In this document: positions 35,943 through 47,710 of the stretch, in pieces | Position numbering within the stretch: the first letter of the stretch is position 1 | Layout: each line of letters opens with the position of its first letter | NCBI RefSeq assembly: GCF_964355755.1 | Contig: NC_092672.1 | Location: 21,651,237 to 21,715,236, forward strand | Source of the DNA: Antedon mediterranea | Taxonomy: Eukaryota > Animalia > Echinodermata | Length of the DNA: 64,000 bases | Direction of reading: 5' to 3' | Notes under the pieces: model-generated | The model's input: only the letters and a program-made list of their open reading frames with translations | Databases searched by the model: none | What the model was told of the DNA's origin: nothing | Program-made: the position numbers and the translations under genes

Positions 35943-36278
35943 ATTCTATCTCTTAGTGTACCGTACGTGAATTCTGTAATCCGATTGGTCAATAATTATG
36001 TATGAGATATAATTCCGTATTACGCCCATTTACTCAGTCAAGCGGATCAGAAGGGTAATATATCCCGTATTACCTGTTTGATGTTTCTACGCGCGCGTTG
36101 TTTATGTATTGTATTTTTATCGTTGAGCGCATGCGTAGTTGTGATTTCAACCATCGAATATGAACCCGTATTCGACAGTCCGTCAAAAAAGCTATATGAC
36201 ACAAGAAGATACTGTATATATTTGGTTTTTTTTCTTTGTCTCTTGTTCTTTGTCTCGTGTACACTAAGAGATAAAATC
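35943..36278. mobile_element. Putative MITE with ~18-bp TIR
   Basis: attctatctcttagtgtac / gtacactaagagataaaat. Confidence 0.5.
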
Positions 36279-36454
36279 GTATTAGGTATGAAACAGAAAA
36301 GGTAGGCCTACATCGTATAATAGAATTTAAACAGAGTAGCAGGCCGATTAACATACATCTTAAAATGGAATTGCGAAAAATAAGTAACGCCGTGGGTTCG
36401 AACAATACTTATTCAAACTCATGAACAATTTGGTATTTGGTAAAACATTGAAAG

Positions 36455-36710
36455 ATGTACGACTTAGAACCAGTGTAGGTATAGGGAGAATGAAGATGAA
36501 AGGAAATAGTATAGTAAGATGTACAACTTAGAACCAGTGTAGGTATAGGGAGAATGAAGATGAAAGGAAATAGTATAGTAAGATGTACGACTTAGAACCA
36601 GTGTAGGTATATAGGGAGAATAAAGATGAAAGGAAATAGTATAGTAAGATGTACGACTTAGAACCAGTGTAGGTATAGGGAGAATGAAGATGAAAGGAAA
36701 TAGTATAGTA
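36455..36710. repeat. ~65-bp minisatellite, 4 copies
   Basis: gatgtacgacttagaaccagtgtaggtatagggagaatgaagatgaaaggaaatagtatagtaa. Confidence 0.92.
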
Positions 36711-37282
36711 AACCAAACTTGACAACCTTAAATATATTTCCTGATGGAATCACTGCTTACAAAATAAATAAAACGATTATTTTTACAGTATAAAGTTATT
36801 GTGAAATGGCCATATTAATTTACAGATAAGTTTAATGTATCACTTTTACTATAATAATAATATTAAGGTGAAGTACCAGTATAGAGAAAATGTAAACATG
36901 CTATGATACTGATAGTATAATTATTGAAATAAAAACGAAAGATGATTTTAGTGATTAATGGTAATGATAGATGAGAAATACGTATACAGAAAATAACAAT
37001 GTCGATATATGAATAGGGCATATGATTAAAAGAACTATAACAAGTATCAACCCATGCTATGGAACGATAGGGAAAAAGAAAACAGACGAACTCAAAATGT
37101 GATGATAGATAACCTGAGCAAATATAAAAGCAACTGACAATAGAAAAAGATAGAAATGGAGAGCTTTGGAGGAGTGATGTGTCCTGCAGTATGGAAAAAG
37201 AAAAAAGCGTCATCACCACGTATATATTTTAGAATATGCTAAAACAACTTTAACTTGTGGTCATATAAGATATCTTCGATTA

Positions 37283-37946
37283 CCGTACTGACGCGGGTAT
37301 AAGCCCATACTCGGGTATAAATAAGCCCACCCCCGACTTTTGACTAATTTTCATGAAAAATGAGGTACTCGGGTATAAGCCCACCCATTAATTCGAAGAT
37401 CTACAGTGTGTGTCGTAATACATTATTTTGCATTTGGCGACGTCCATACTCCGAATATACCTACCTTTGATCATAACCAAGCTAGGCTAATATACACTAG
37501 GCCATATGAGGCCTAGCGGTCCTGTTTTGTTTACACTCCATTGCGGTCAAAGATCGCTTCACACACGACGCTACAAGTTGCCAAAACGGAAAACCACTAT
37601 TTGGTATCGGCTGCCATAAACAAGCTTATTAAATTTCTTTGGTACATTTCTATTTAACGAACATTGTATACTTGCTTTTCTGCTTGATAAAATTCTTGTT
37701 AAATTGATGTTTAAAATAAGATATTCTACGATAAATTACACGAACTAATTTTCCGACACTCTACACCTCGTGTATTTAGAGGCAACGTCGTACACGTGAG
37801 GGCGCTCGCTCGCATGGTGGAATATACACTGTACATGTGCTGTTTTTGACAATCTGCATTTTTGGATCCTCGGGTATAAGCCCACCCCCCAAACTTGACG
37901 TGATTTCATGTTCGAGGGGGGTGGGCTTATACCCGCGTCATTACGG
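37283..37946. mobile_element. Tc1/mariner-pogo (Tigger-like) MITE with CCG...CGG ends and TA TSD
   Basis: TA|ccgtactgacgcgggtataagccca ... tgggcttatacccgcgtcattacgg|TA; subterminal ctcgggtataagcccac repeats. Confidence 0.88.
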
Positions 37947-38289
37947 TAATTGTGATGAATTAGATGAATTTTGGTGATGTATAACTTTATATTTTAAATC
38001 CGAAAAAACAAAACGATTTTAAATATTGTTTACAATTTCTCACGTCTTTTTAGTAATTATTTGATAGATTATAATTATTAAGACGTGGTTTAGTCCTTCT
38101 ATCCTCTTGAAGTCTGTCGCCTGTGATATTAATAATAATTAATTAATATTTTAATAGGCCACAACCTTCTTATAAATGTCTGCATTTTATTACATTTAGT
38201 ACATGTAGTTCTGACTTGCAGTAATCTCAACCATGATCCTTTTTTTAGATTGATTTTCCGTAGATATTAGGCCTACATTTGTATGACTA

Positions 38290-38370
38290 CCGTATTTATT
38301 CGAGAATAAAGCCCATGTGGTGTTCGAGAAAGAGGGGGCGTTTATTCGAATAAATAGGCCTACACGTCGG
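38290..38370. mobile_element. Mini Tc1/pogo-type MITE with disrupted right TIR
   Basis: TA|ccgtatttattcga ... tcgaataaata[ggccta]c[acgt]cgg|TA. Confidence 0.6.
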
Positions 38371-38842
38371 TATTACTTTTTAAATCATTATTATATGGAT
38401 TCATAATTATATTATTATTAGTATTCGCATGGACTCCCATGGAATTAGGCCAACGTCACGTCAGTAATTTCCAAGGTACGTCTTCTCAAGATTATTGCGC
38501 GCTGCAGGTCATCTTTATGGTCGACTGATTACGTATAATCGGCATGCAGCGGTCGTCGTTATTATAGTCGTAACACATGTGGAAAGTTTTCAAGAATCAA
38601 ACACGTGTCAGTCTAGCTAGGCCTAGTTATTTTACATATTTTAGTACGGTTAACTTTAAGTAAGCACGATGACTGTTTAGGAGAAAAGAGTAATGATAGG
38701 CCCTACTGGACTAGCTAGGCCATTCTAACACTACCAAAAAGACAAGAATATTTTAGGCCGTAAGTACAGACAGTAGGATGCAACTCTCCTCCTAGGCCGG
38801 CGCATGTGTCCTGCTCTCCTCCTGGACCTACCTAGGTTCATG

Positions 38843-39652
38843 GGCGCTAGTTCCGTTTCGCACCAGTCATTTATTTCGACTCAAAATGTGTTAAGAAACT
38901 TTATCGTGAGTACCACACCTTAGAATTAGGCCTCAAAAATGCTTTTACGAAGGAGATCACACAAAAAGTGACAAATAAATGCTTTAAATTTATGAATTTA
39001 CAGACGCGTTTCTCGCACATCGGTTTGTCAATTTTGCATACGCCATGTTCAATGTTGTTGTTTCTATGGAGCGCCAAAAGAGCAATCATATTAAATAGAG
39101 GGCTAAAAACTCAATATAATGCGTATATTTAATGCATTTATTGGTGAAAATTACGTTCAATTTTAATATATTTTGTCAATGTCAATGCAACAAAACCCTA
39201 GGCCTAAATCAGCATCACAGCTATACCTAGCCTAGGCCTAAGTAAGACTAAGAGGAATATTATTTAGATCATTTGAGGTACAAACAACTACAGTACAATT
39301 TTTTTTTAATTTGTCGATTTTCATTCTTAAAAGTTAACGAAAAATGCGAAAACCATGTAGGGTATCAATAAAATAAAAAAAAATTAAAATTTTTAGCCCT
39401 CTATTATAATTGCTCTTTTGGCCCTCCATAGAAACAACAACATTGAACATGGCGTATGCGAAATTGACGAACCGATGTGCGAGAAACACGTCTGTAAATT
39501 TATCAATTTAAAGCATTTATTTGTCACTTTTTGTGTGATCTCCTTCGTAAAAGTATTTTTGAGGCCTCATTCTAAGGTGTGGTACTCACGATAAAGTTTC
39601 TTAACACATTTTGAGTCGAAATAAATGACAGGTGCGAAACGGAACTAGCGCC
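38843..39652. mobile_element. Foldback-type MITE with ~265-bp arms and 8-bp TSD (Merlin-like)
   Basis: ggttcatg|ggcgctagttccgtttcgcacc ... ggtgcgaaacggaactagcgcc|ggttcatg. Confidence 0.9.
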
Positions 39653-39943
39653 GGTTCATGCTGTAGGCCTAACTATAATAGATTGATGTCTATCACATCA
39701 GTTTTCCGACTGGAGGAGGACTTGATGATTTTAAGATTGAATGCCTGGGCCAGATCATTAAAGAAAGTAAAAATCTCAGTATCAAAATAGATCAAAACAT
39801 TAATTTTACTTTGACTATTACAGGGGCTTTTTAGAGTAGTTTTTTTAGGGAAATTTAAGTTTACAGGCACATACCTGTATCATAGGCTATTGACTATGCC
39901 TGTATGTAGATCTGGTAATTTACGAGATAGACATTTTACTTAA

Positions 39944-40550
39944 AGACACTAGTAAACCTGCAATTTTTTATGTTTTGTAAAAATAATGCATATATATAAC
40001 TTTGAAAAACATTAAACCAGGTCATTTCTTGTCTTAAATGTGCATTTTAATTACGATAAAAAGAGAAAAACAATAGACTACCTATAAGTAGCTCGCCTCG
40101 AAAGTTCTCTTGTAGACGTTTCTAGGCCTAGCTTAATAGTAGGCTTAGCTTTGACTTTTGTAGGCCTAGCTGGTAACAGCAGTAACCTATGAACATCGTA
40201 CGCTATAGGCCTAGCCTGACGATGTCTTGTTGCTTAATTGTCTTTCCTTCTTTGGCAGAATCCATTAATACAAATTGGGGAAGAACTGGTATTTCCGCTG
40301 AAAAGTTACGGTTCTTTTAATTGTTTTCCCTTTCATGCGATCGGTCGAAGTGGGTACATCACATCACAAAAATATAAAAATATCAATCCGCACGCGATGC
40401 ATGTTGGGATTTATAGCGGGCTGCTAAAATGATTAGAATCAACTTATTTTTCACATTTTTTAACTGCTTAAATACGATATGTATATAGTATTAACTTTTT
40501 CATAAAATGTAGTGTGTGACCATTAGTAAAAAAAGCATAGTCTAGTGTCT
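39944..40550. mobile_element. Kolobok-like MITE, TTAA TSD
   Basis: TTAA|agacactag ... ctagtgtct|TTAA. Confidence 0.7.
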
Positions 40551-40715
40551 TTAAAATGGACCTAAAATGAATTTTCGATTTTTTTCATTTTCGAATGGTG
40601 TTTTCCAGTTAAACAAAACTTTATAAGTTCCTCCATTCGGCCTCACCATTGTTTTCCAATTAAATAGTTCCTCCAAGTTCTCAAAATAAAATGATATGCT
40701 TAAAAAATGTTGATT

Positions 40716-42582
40716 CATGAACACATTGGTGCATCTACAGTATCTGGGATGTATTGTTAGGATGTTAAATGTATCTGACGCAGTTGAACTTTGATGTGCT
40801 TGTCATGAACACATTGGTGCATCTATCTGGGATGTATTGTTAGGATGTTAGGGGGATTCTGGGTTTAAAATTGCTTTTAAATATCGTTTATTTATTAAAT
40901 AAAAAATATTATAACAATATAGACATGTCAGAATGAAGAAGTAATAACGAGAAATTAAAAAAATTAAATTCCATATACATTTTGGGGTAAATTCATGGAA
41001 AGACTGTTTTTCAGCAGCTTAGGGAAGCTCATTAATATTCATGAGATATTCGCAAAATCACGTCATCAGTGGATTCCAAACTCGCAACGTCATGTACGTT
41101 GCGTTTGTCAACTAATTTACATCTCTCTCTCCTGTCTAACGACGACCACCCGATCATTGTGAAATACATTTTTTTGTAGATTTTCTAAGCTAGGCCTAAA
41201 GTGTAATAATAACAGTAGTAGCATTTATTTGACATTTAATAAAATACAAAATTTAGTTTTAGATTACGGAGTCATAAATTATATACTATTTTTATACCTC
41301 GAATAGTACAGACAGATCGTGTTATTGGCTTCACGTACTAGGTTAGCCTAGCCTAAATAATTTTTTTTTTCATGGGTGAGAGCCATTCTGACTAGGGATT
41401 CCATGCCACGATGGCTGCTACGTTAAAACATTGGGGGTCCATCATGGGCCTAGCTAGCCTATTACTAAACGATTGGCCCATAAATAACAAAACTCAGTGA
41501 ATTCCAAAACCCATCCTATCAACCAAACTCCTAAACAATCTAAACCTAAAACATTCTACAAAATCGGCTGTAAATATTGAGGCAAAACAAGGTCCGATCG
41601 TCGTCCGCACGTATGGTGTCCCGATCGTCTAAAGTAGGCCTAGTTTACTCTAAAAAAATTGCATCAAGCAAGTAGACCAGGTAGTAGGAAGGAGACCTAG
41701 CCGATCCGGCCCAGTTAAAAATTGACCTAGCTAGTGTAGTAGACCCTATGCGAATTGATACTACCAGGCCTTTTACTGTAGGCTACAAATATTCCAACTC
41801 TCTCATTCGAGCTATATTATCTATACCATTCCGGTAGGTCGAGCCGACCTTCAACCAAATACTGTTATGTATTATGTACATCGTTCATGCATGCTGTGAT
41901 TATAGACGGGGTATACTCGACCCGACCAGTTTGGTATTGTATACTGTATCTGCTTATCACGTGACGATGCCAGGCATGGGCAGAGAGAGCACGTGTATCG
42001 TCGTCTCGCTCTCCTCGCTCTCAGCAGGAATGTATACGTTACGCTTCATTGATTTTGAAGGCTTTCCCTAAGTCAGTGCGAAAATCGGCAAACGTAAAGT
42101 GCAAACTAATCTAATTTTTCACTGTTTTGATAAATTTTCATAGAAAATTGACTTTATAAATGGGAAGACAGACTAAAAGTACATCAGATAAGTATAATTT
42201 TACAAAAGTAATTGATATGGTTAATGATAACGAGTCGTCGGAAGATTGACCATTTCACGAATTTCCTATTCTGTAACACAGTGTCATATCGCCGTAGCTG
42301 CACTTGTAATCTGGCCTCATTTCACAGCCTTCGTTCTGCTTCACTGGGCGCTTATATAAATTGAAACTTTTACCGTTCAAGAGACAAACAAATATATTTT
42401 ACATTTTTTACTATTCATTTTAAACCCGGAACCCCCCTTTAAATGTATCTGATGCAGTTGAACTTTGATGTGCTTGTCATGAACACATTGGTGCATCTAT
42501 CTGGGATGTATTGTTAGGATGTTAAATGTATCTGACGCAGTTGAACTTTGATGTGCTTGTCATGAACCCATTGGTGCACCTA
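40716..42582. repeat. 83-bp tandem repeat split by the element at 40851-42438
   Basis: catgaacacattggtgcatctatctgggatgtattgttaggatgttaaatgtatctg at 40716, 40804, 42478 and 42561. Confidence 0.85.
40851..42438. mobile_element. Kolobok-like non-autonomous element (~1.6 kb) inserted at a TTAA of the 83-bp repeat
   Basis: gggggattctgggtttaaaat / attttaaacccggaacccccct|TTAA; flanks rejoin to the repeat unit ggatgTTAAatgtatctg. Confidence 0.8.
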
Positions 42583-43000
42583 TTGTCCACTATATTGCAT
42601 ACCATCATTAAAGGACGTGCCATGAAGTCATATGATCCCTCTTATTGTCCGAATGTGGTTAAACAACTTTTATATTTTTTCTAAACATTTAATAACATAT
42701 TTTATGGTTACTGTATCTCGAAATATTATAAAAATAAATTATTACTACAACACCCTATTATATGCAATTGCTATGATTAAAAAAATTCATGCAATCTCAT
42801 ATAGTATCAAATAAAACTTATTTATGATAGAAATTTCATGATAGAATGGGCCTTGGTTATTATTATTATTGTAGAATTTACAAAAGCAACAAACAATGAA
42901 CGTTTAGCTTTCTTTTTAATTTGCGAATTTTTGAACTTGCTGTTTTAATTGATTATATCAAGCAAAGTACAGAATATAACTGTTTATAATTTATACTTAA

Positions 43001-43549
43001 AGATGTATTGTCCTTGAAACACAAAAAAATGAAGGTGAAAAAATATTCTAAATTTAAAGTGGCCATATCAAAGTAATATTAAAGTTATTCACTTTAAGTC
43101 AAAAATTTTAGCCAAAAACAACAAGTTTACGTAATTAACAGGTAAATTAGTTTGATTACATTTCATCTGGAAAATCGTCACGAGCGAAAGTAAACAAAGA
43201 TTTCAAACCATGAGTACGCATTATGCATATGCTAAATTATGATTGTTTACAACTCGTCAAGGTTAAGAAGGTATTTTCACACAGATCGCGAGGAAGTTTT
43301 ATGATTATGCATACAGAGTAGCCAAACAAGCGCGTTTCATTATGGGATATGTTTTGATTGAAAACTTTGACTGAATGTTAAAGTTATTTTTTTAACAAAA
43401 AAACATCTGTATTTCAGTTAAATTTTTTTTTTTTTCAAAAAATTGTTGGTGATATTTATTAACTATTATGATACTTCAAAATGACACACCTTTTTTCGAA
43501 ATCTTTTATTTTTTATTTTTTTTGAATTAGTCAAAGGGACAATACATCT
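43001..43549. mobile_element. Kolobok-like MITE, TTAA TSD
   Basis: TTAA|agatgtattgtcc ... ggacaatacatct|TTAA. Confidence 0.82.
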
Positions 43550-44574
43550 TTAATAAGATAATAAATTACTAACTTCTATCATAATTATGGAAAACTACAG
43601 AAGTATTGTAAATTAGAAATGTAAAAGTATGAATATATTCACTATATATACACATTTATCAGACACACACTGCAGAATAAGAGTAATTTTCAGAATAATC
43701 ATAATAATTAATAGGTCTAGACATGGAGCTATAGAAGGGAGGCCATTGCCCCTGTATCCCTCCTATTGATCTAGCATTCACCTGCATCATGGGTTTTTAA
43801 GATTGATATTATGTCTATTAAGTTTCCATATACTACACTTAACAACTTCTTGTGTTTTGTACTACAATTCCAAAGGAAATCATGTGTAGGAGTTTGTAAA
43901 TGAATTGTATAGAATTCTAAAGTGAAATTCAATAGAATACTTGTGTATTGTGCTTCTATATTTAATAAGTGCACAGACCGTGGACACCTTTTTGTAATAT
44001 CAAAGTTAGGTACTATTCATTGTGAATACTATATAATAGAAATATACTCTAAAGAGTTAGACAGTTGGTGCTATGAATTGATTGAATTCAGACAACTAGA
44101 AAGTCAGTCCAGTTATTGTGAATTACCAGATTATTCCAGTTTAGCCAATAATAATGTAAGTTTGCAATGTAGATGTGAAGTACAGTAAGAAATACAGTAT
44201 ATTGCTAGTTTTATAGATCAATTTTATAAATTTGATTTATATTATTTTATAATTTTGATTATTAAGAGTTTTAAGGTAGAAGGAAGCTGAAATAAGCTGG
44301 TTGAGAATTGAAATGTTTGGATACAAGAGAAGAAAATTAAATGGGTTCATGAATGACAGTTTTATTAAATTCAGACAATGCTAGCTAATAGAAACATCTG
44401 TTGTTAATGCCAGCATAGAAAAAAAAACAACATAAAGCCTAAAAGAGAAAATGATCACCAGTTTGTAGGTTTTGGAGAACACATTAATATAGTTTAACTC
44501 TATTTTCTTTAACATAACATTTGTGATAGCCTCATAGTTTTGTAGACGTCTTAGTCAATGTAAAGAGTGGGCTA

Positions 44575-46305
44575 TAATAATAATAATAATAATAATAAGC
44601 TTTATTTAATCACGGATACTTAACTCAACTAAAAGTTGTTTTTCAGTAAGACCGTGCTCAAAGGAAAACACCAACAAAAATAAATGTAAAAAGCAAAAAT
44701 CAAATCAAGTAATAAAACAATTACAGAAGCAAAAAAAACAAAAGCAGATAATAAAACAATTACAATAAAATAAAACAAGGATACACTTACTAACTATAAA
44801 ATTAAATAATACACTACATTTAAATAAAGCTACATGAAATTAGCAGTTAACAGAGAGACAGAGTTCACATTTTTAATATCTTCATGTAGCTCATTCCAAA
44901 CCTTGGCACCTCTATATGATAAGCTACGTTTTTTGTAGTTTGTGTTTGGTTTTGGTACAATTAAATTTGGCTTAGTTCTAATATTATAGTAATTGTTTTT
45001 GATATTGAACTTATTTAATAAATATGGAGGTGCAAGGTTGTTCATAATCTTAAACATAACAATAGCTTCATTTATATATAATCTTTCATCTAAGTTCATC
45101 CAATTTAGACTTTGTAGAGCTTGAGTACTAGAGTCGGTTTGAGATTTGTTTGTAATAACTTTTGCTGCGCGATTTTGAAGAACTTGTAGTGTTTTACTTT
45201 GAGTTATATTTGAACGTCCCCAAACAACATGGCAATACTCAAGATGAGGAGCCATAAGTGATTTGTATAGTTTGCATTGAATTTCTTTTGGAAATATATT
45301 ATTAGTCTTTTTTAAGTAGTACAAGCTCTGCAAAACCTTAGATTTAACATTATCGATTTGTGAGCACCAAGAAAGATTATTATCTAATATCACACCAAGG
45401 TGTTTACATTTATTTACACGAGAGATTGGTTCTCCATCTATGTTAATGTTGACTTGTAAGTCAGATAGTTTACTTAACCTCTGACTCGTTCCAATTAACA
45501 TAAATTCAGTTTTTTTAACATTTAGGCTAAGTTTGTTGCATATGAGCCATCTTTTAAGACACAATAAGTCAGAATTTATTGTTTCAGTAAGGTTATTAAT
45601 ATTATTGGAAGTGTAGTATATGGCAGTGTCATCAGCATACATAGAAACAGAGCATTTATTTACAGCATTAGGCAAGTCATTAACATAAAGGAGAAACATT
45701 AATGGTCCAAGGATGGACCCCTGAGGAATTCCACATATACTGTGACTTTCATCAGAAGAATCACCATTTACATTGGTTATATGTACACGATTTTGCAGGT
45801 AGTTTTCAAACCACTGAATAACATTTGAATGAAAATTGAAAGATCTTAGTTTATTGATAAGAATACTGTGATTTACTGTATCAAAAGCCTTTTTCAAGTC
45901 TATCATTACTAACCCAATATAATTTCCTTTGTCAATGGCTTCTAGCCAGGTCTCTGTGATATTAAGCAATGCAGTCGTAGTTGAGTAGCCTGGTCTAAAC
46001 CCAGACTGATTTTCATATAGCATTTTGTTTAGATTTAGGAAATCATAAACTTGTTCAAATACAACTTTTTCAAGAACTTTAGATAATATTGGGAGAATTG
46101 AAATTGGCCTATAATTATTACATTCATTTTTATTTCCACCTTTATGAAGAGGGCAGATCTTGGCCCTTTTCCATTGTTTTGGAAAAGTTAAATTTTTTAA
46201 AGATAAATTAATTATATATGTTATTGGGTAAACAATTTCATCAATAGCGATTTTTAGAAGATTAGCTGGTATTTCATCAGTTCCAGTTGCTTTTTTTGAT
46301 GAAAT
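44575..46305 (-). mobile_element. 5'-truncated CR1/L2-group (Crack/Daphne-like) LINE with (ATT)n tail
   Basis: open RT frame from ~46305 to 44830; 3' stem-loop region (cacgg..ccgtg) and (tta)n tail at 44575-44598. Confidence 0.92.
44830..46305 (-). CDS. LINE ORF2 reverse transcriptase (partial, uninterrupted)
   Basis: KATGTD, NYRPISILP, QSGFR, DLKKAFDTV, GIPQGSILGP and YADDT motifs. Confidence 0.9.
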   Translation of the reverse strand: MSSKKATGTDEIPANLLKIAIDEIVYPITYIINLSLKNLTFPKQWKRAKICPLHKGGNKNECNNYRPISILPILSKVLEKVVFEQVYDFLNLNKMLYENQSGFRPGYSTTTALLNITETWLEAIDKGNYIGLVMIDLKKAFDTVNHSILINKLRSFNFHSNVIQWFENYLQNRVHITNVNGDSSDESHSICGIPQGSILGPLMFLLYVNDLPNAVNKCSVSMYADDTAIYYTSNNINNLTETINSDLLCLKRWLICNKLSLNVKKTEFMLIGTSQRLSKLSDLQVNINIDGEPISRVNKCKHLGVILDNNLSWCSQIDNVKSKVLQSLYYLKKTNNIFPKEIQCKLYKSLMAPHLEYCHVVWGRSNITQSKTLQVLQNRAAKVITNKSQTDSSTQALQSLNWMNLDERLYINEAIVMFKIMNNLAPPYLLNKFNIKNNYYNIRTKPNLIVPKPNTNYKKRSLSYRGAKVWNELHEDIKNVNSVSLLTANFM

Positions 46306-46334
46306 GATGTATCTTTTAAGCTGCTTGGTTTGTT

Positions 46335-47710
46335 TTGTAGGTCTGTCAGTCTTTTAAACATTTAACATGTTAAATCTGATATACCAATTGATTTCTGTAG
46401 GTCTGTCAATCTTTTAAACATATAACAGGTTAGATCTAGTATTAACAATTGATTTCTGTAGGTCTGTCAGTCTTTTAAACATGTAACAGGTTAGATCTGG
46501 TATACCAATTAATTTCTGTAGGTCTGTCAGTCTTTTAAACATGTACTGTAACACATTAGATCTTTATATACCAATTGATTCCTGTAGGTCTGTCAGTCTT
46601 TTAAACATGTAACAGATTAGATCTGATATACCAATTGATTTCTGTAGGTCTGTCAGTCTTTTAGACATTTAACAGGTTAGATCTGATATACTAATTGATT
46701 CCTGTAGGTCTGTCAGTCTTTTAGACATTTAACAGGTTAGATCTGATATACTAATTGATTTCTGTAGGTCTGTCAGTCTTTTAAACATTTAACAGGTTAG
46801 ATCTGATATACCAATTGATTTCTGTAGGTCTGTCAGTCTTTTAAACATTTAACAGGTTAGATCTGATATACCAATTGATTTCTGTAGGTCTGTCAGTCTT
46901 TTAAACATGTAACAGGTTAGATCTAATATACCAATTTATTCTGTAGGTCTGTCAGTCTTTTAGACATTTAACAGGTTAAATCTGATATACCAATTGATTT
47001 CTGTAGGTCTGTCAGTCTTTTAAACATTTAACAGGTTAAATCTGATATACCAATTGATTCCTGTAGGTCTGTCAGTCTTTTAAACATTTAACAGGTTAGA
47101 TCTGATATACTAATTGATTCCTGTAGGTCTGTTAGTCTTTTAAACATTTAACAGGTTAGATCTGATATACCAATTTATTCCTGTAGGTCTGTCAGTCTTT
47201 TAAACATTTAACAGGTTAGATCTGATATACCAATTGATTTCTGTAGGTCTGTCAGTCTTTTAAACATTTAACAGGTTAGATCTGATATACCAATTTATTT
47301 CTGTAGGTCTGTCAGTCTTTTAGACATTTAACAGGTTAGATCTGATATACCAATTGATTCCTGTAGGTCTGTCAGTCTTTTTTTATTATGATAACAGGTT
47401 AGATCTGATATACCAATTGATTCCTGTAAGTCTGTCAGTCTTTTAAACATTTAACAGGTTAGATCTGATATACCAATTGATTTCTGTAGGTCTGTCAGTC
47501 TTTTTTTTATTATGATAACAGGTTAGATCTGATATACCAATTGATTCCTGTAGATCTGTCAGTCTTTTTTTATTATGAAAACAGGTTAGAGCTGATTTAC
47601 CAAACCTACAGAAATCAATTGGTATATTAGATCTAATGTGTTAAATGTTTAAAATACTAAAAGACCTACAGAAATCAATTAATGTACTAGATCTAATGTG
47701 TTAAATGTTT
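46335..47710. repeat. 60-bp minisatellite, ~21 copies, with ~2 inverted units at 47604-47710
   Basis: unit ctgtaggtctgtcagtcttttaaacatttaacaggttagatctgatataccaattgattt; reverse complement acctacagaaatcaattgg at the end. Confidence 0.95.
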
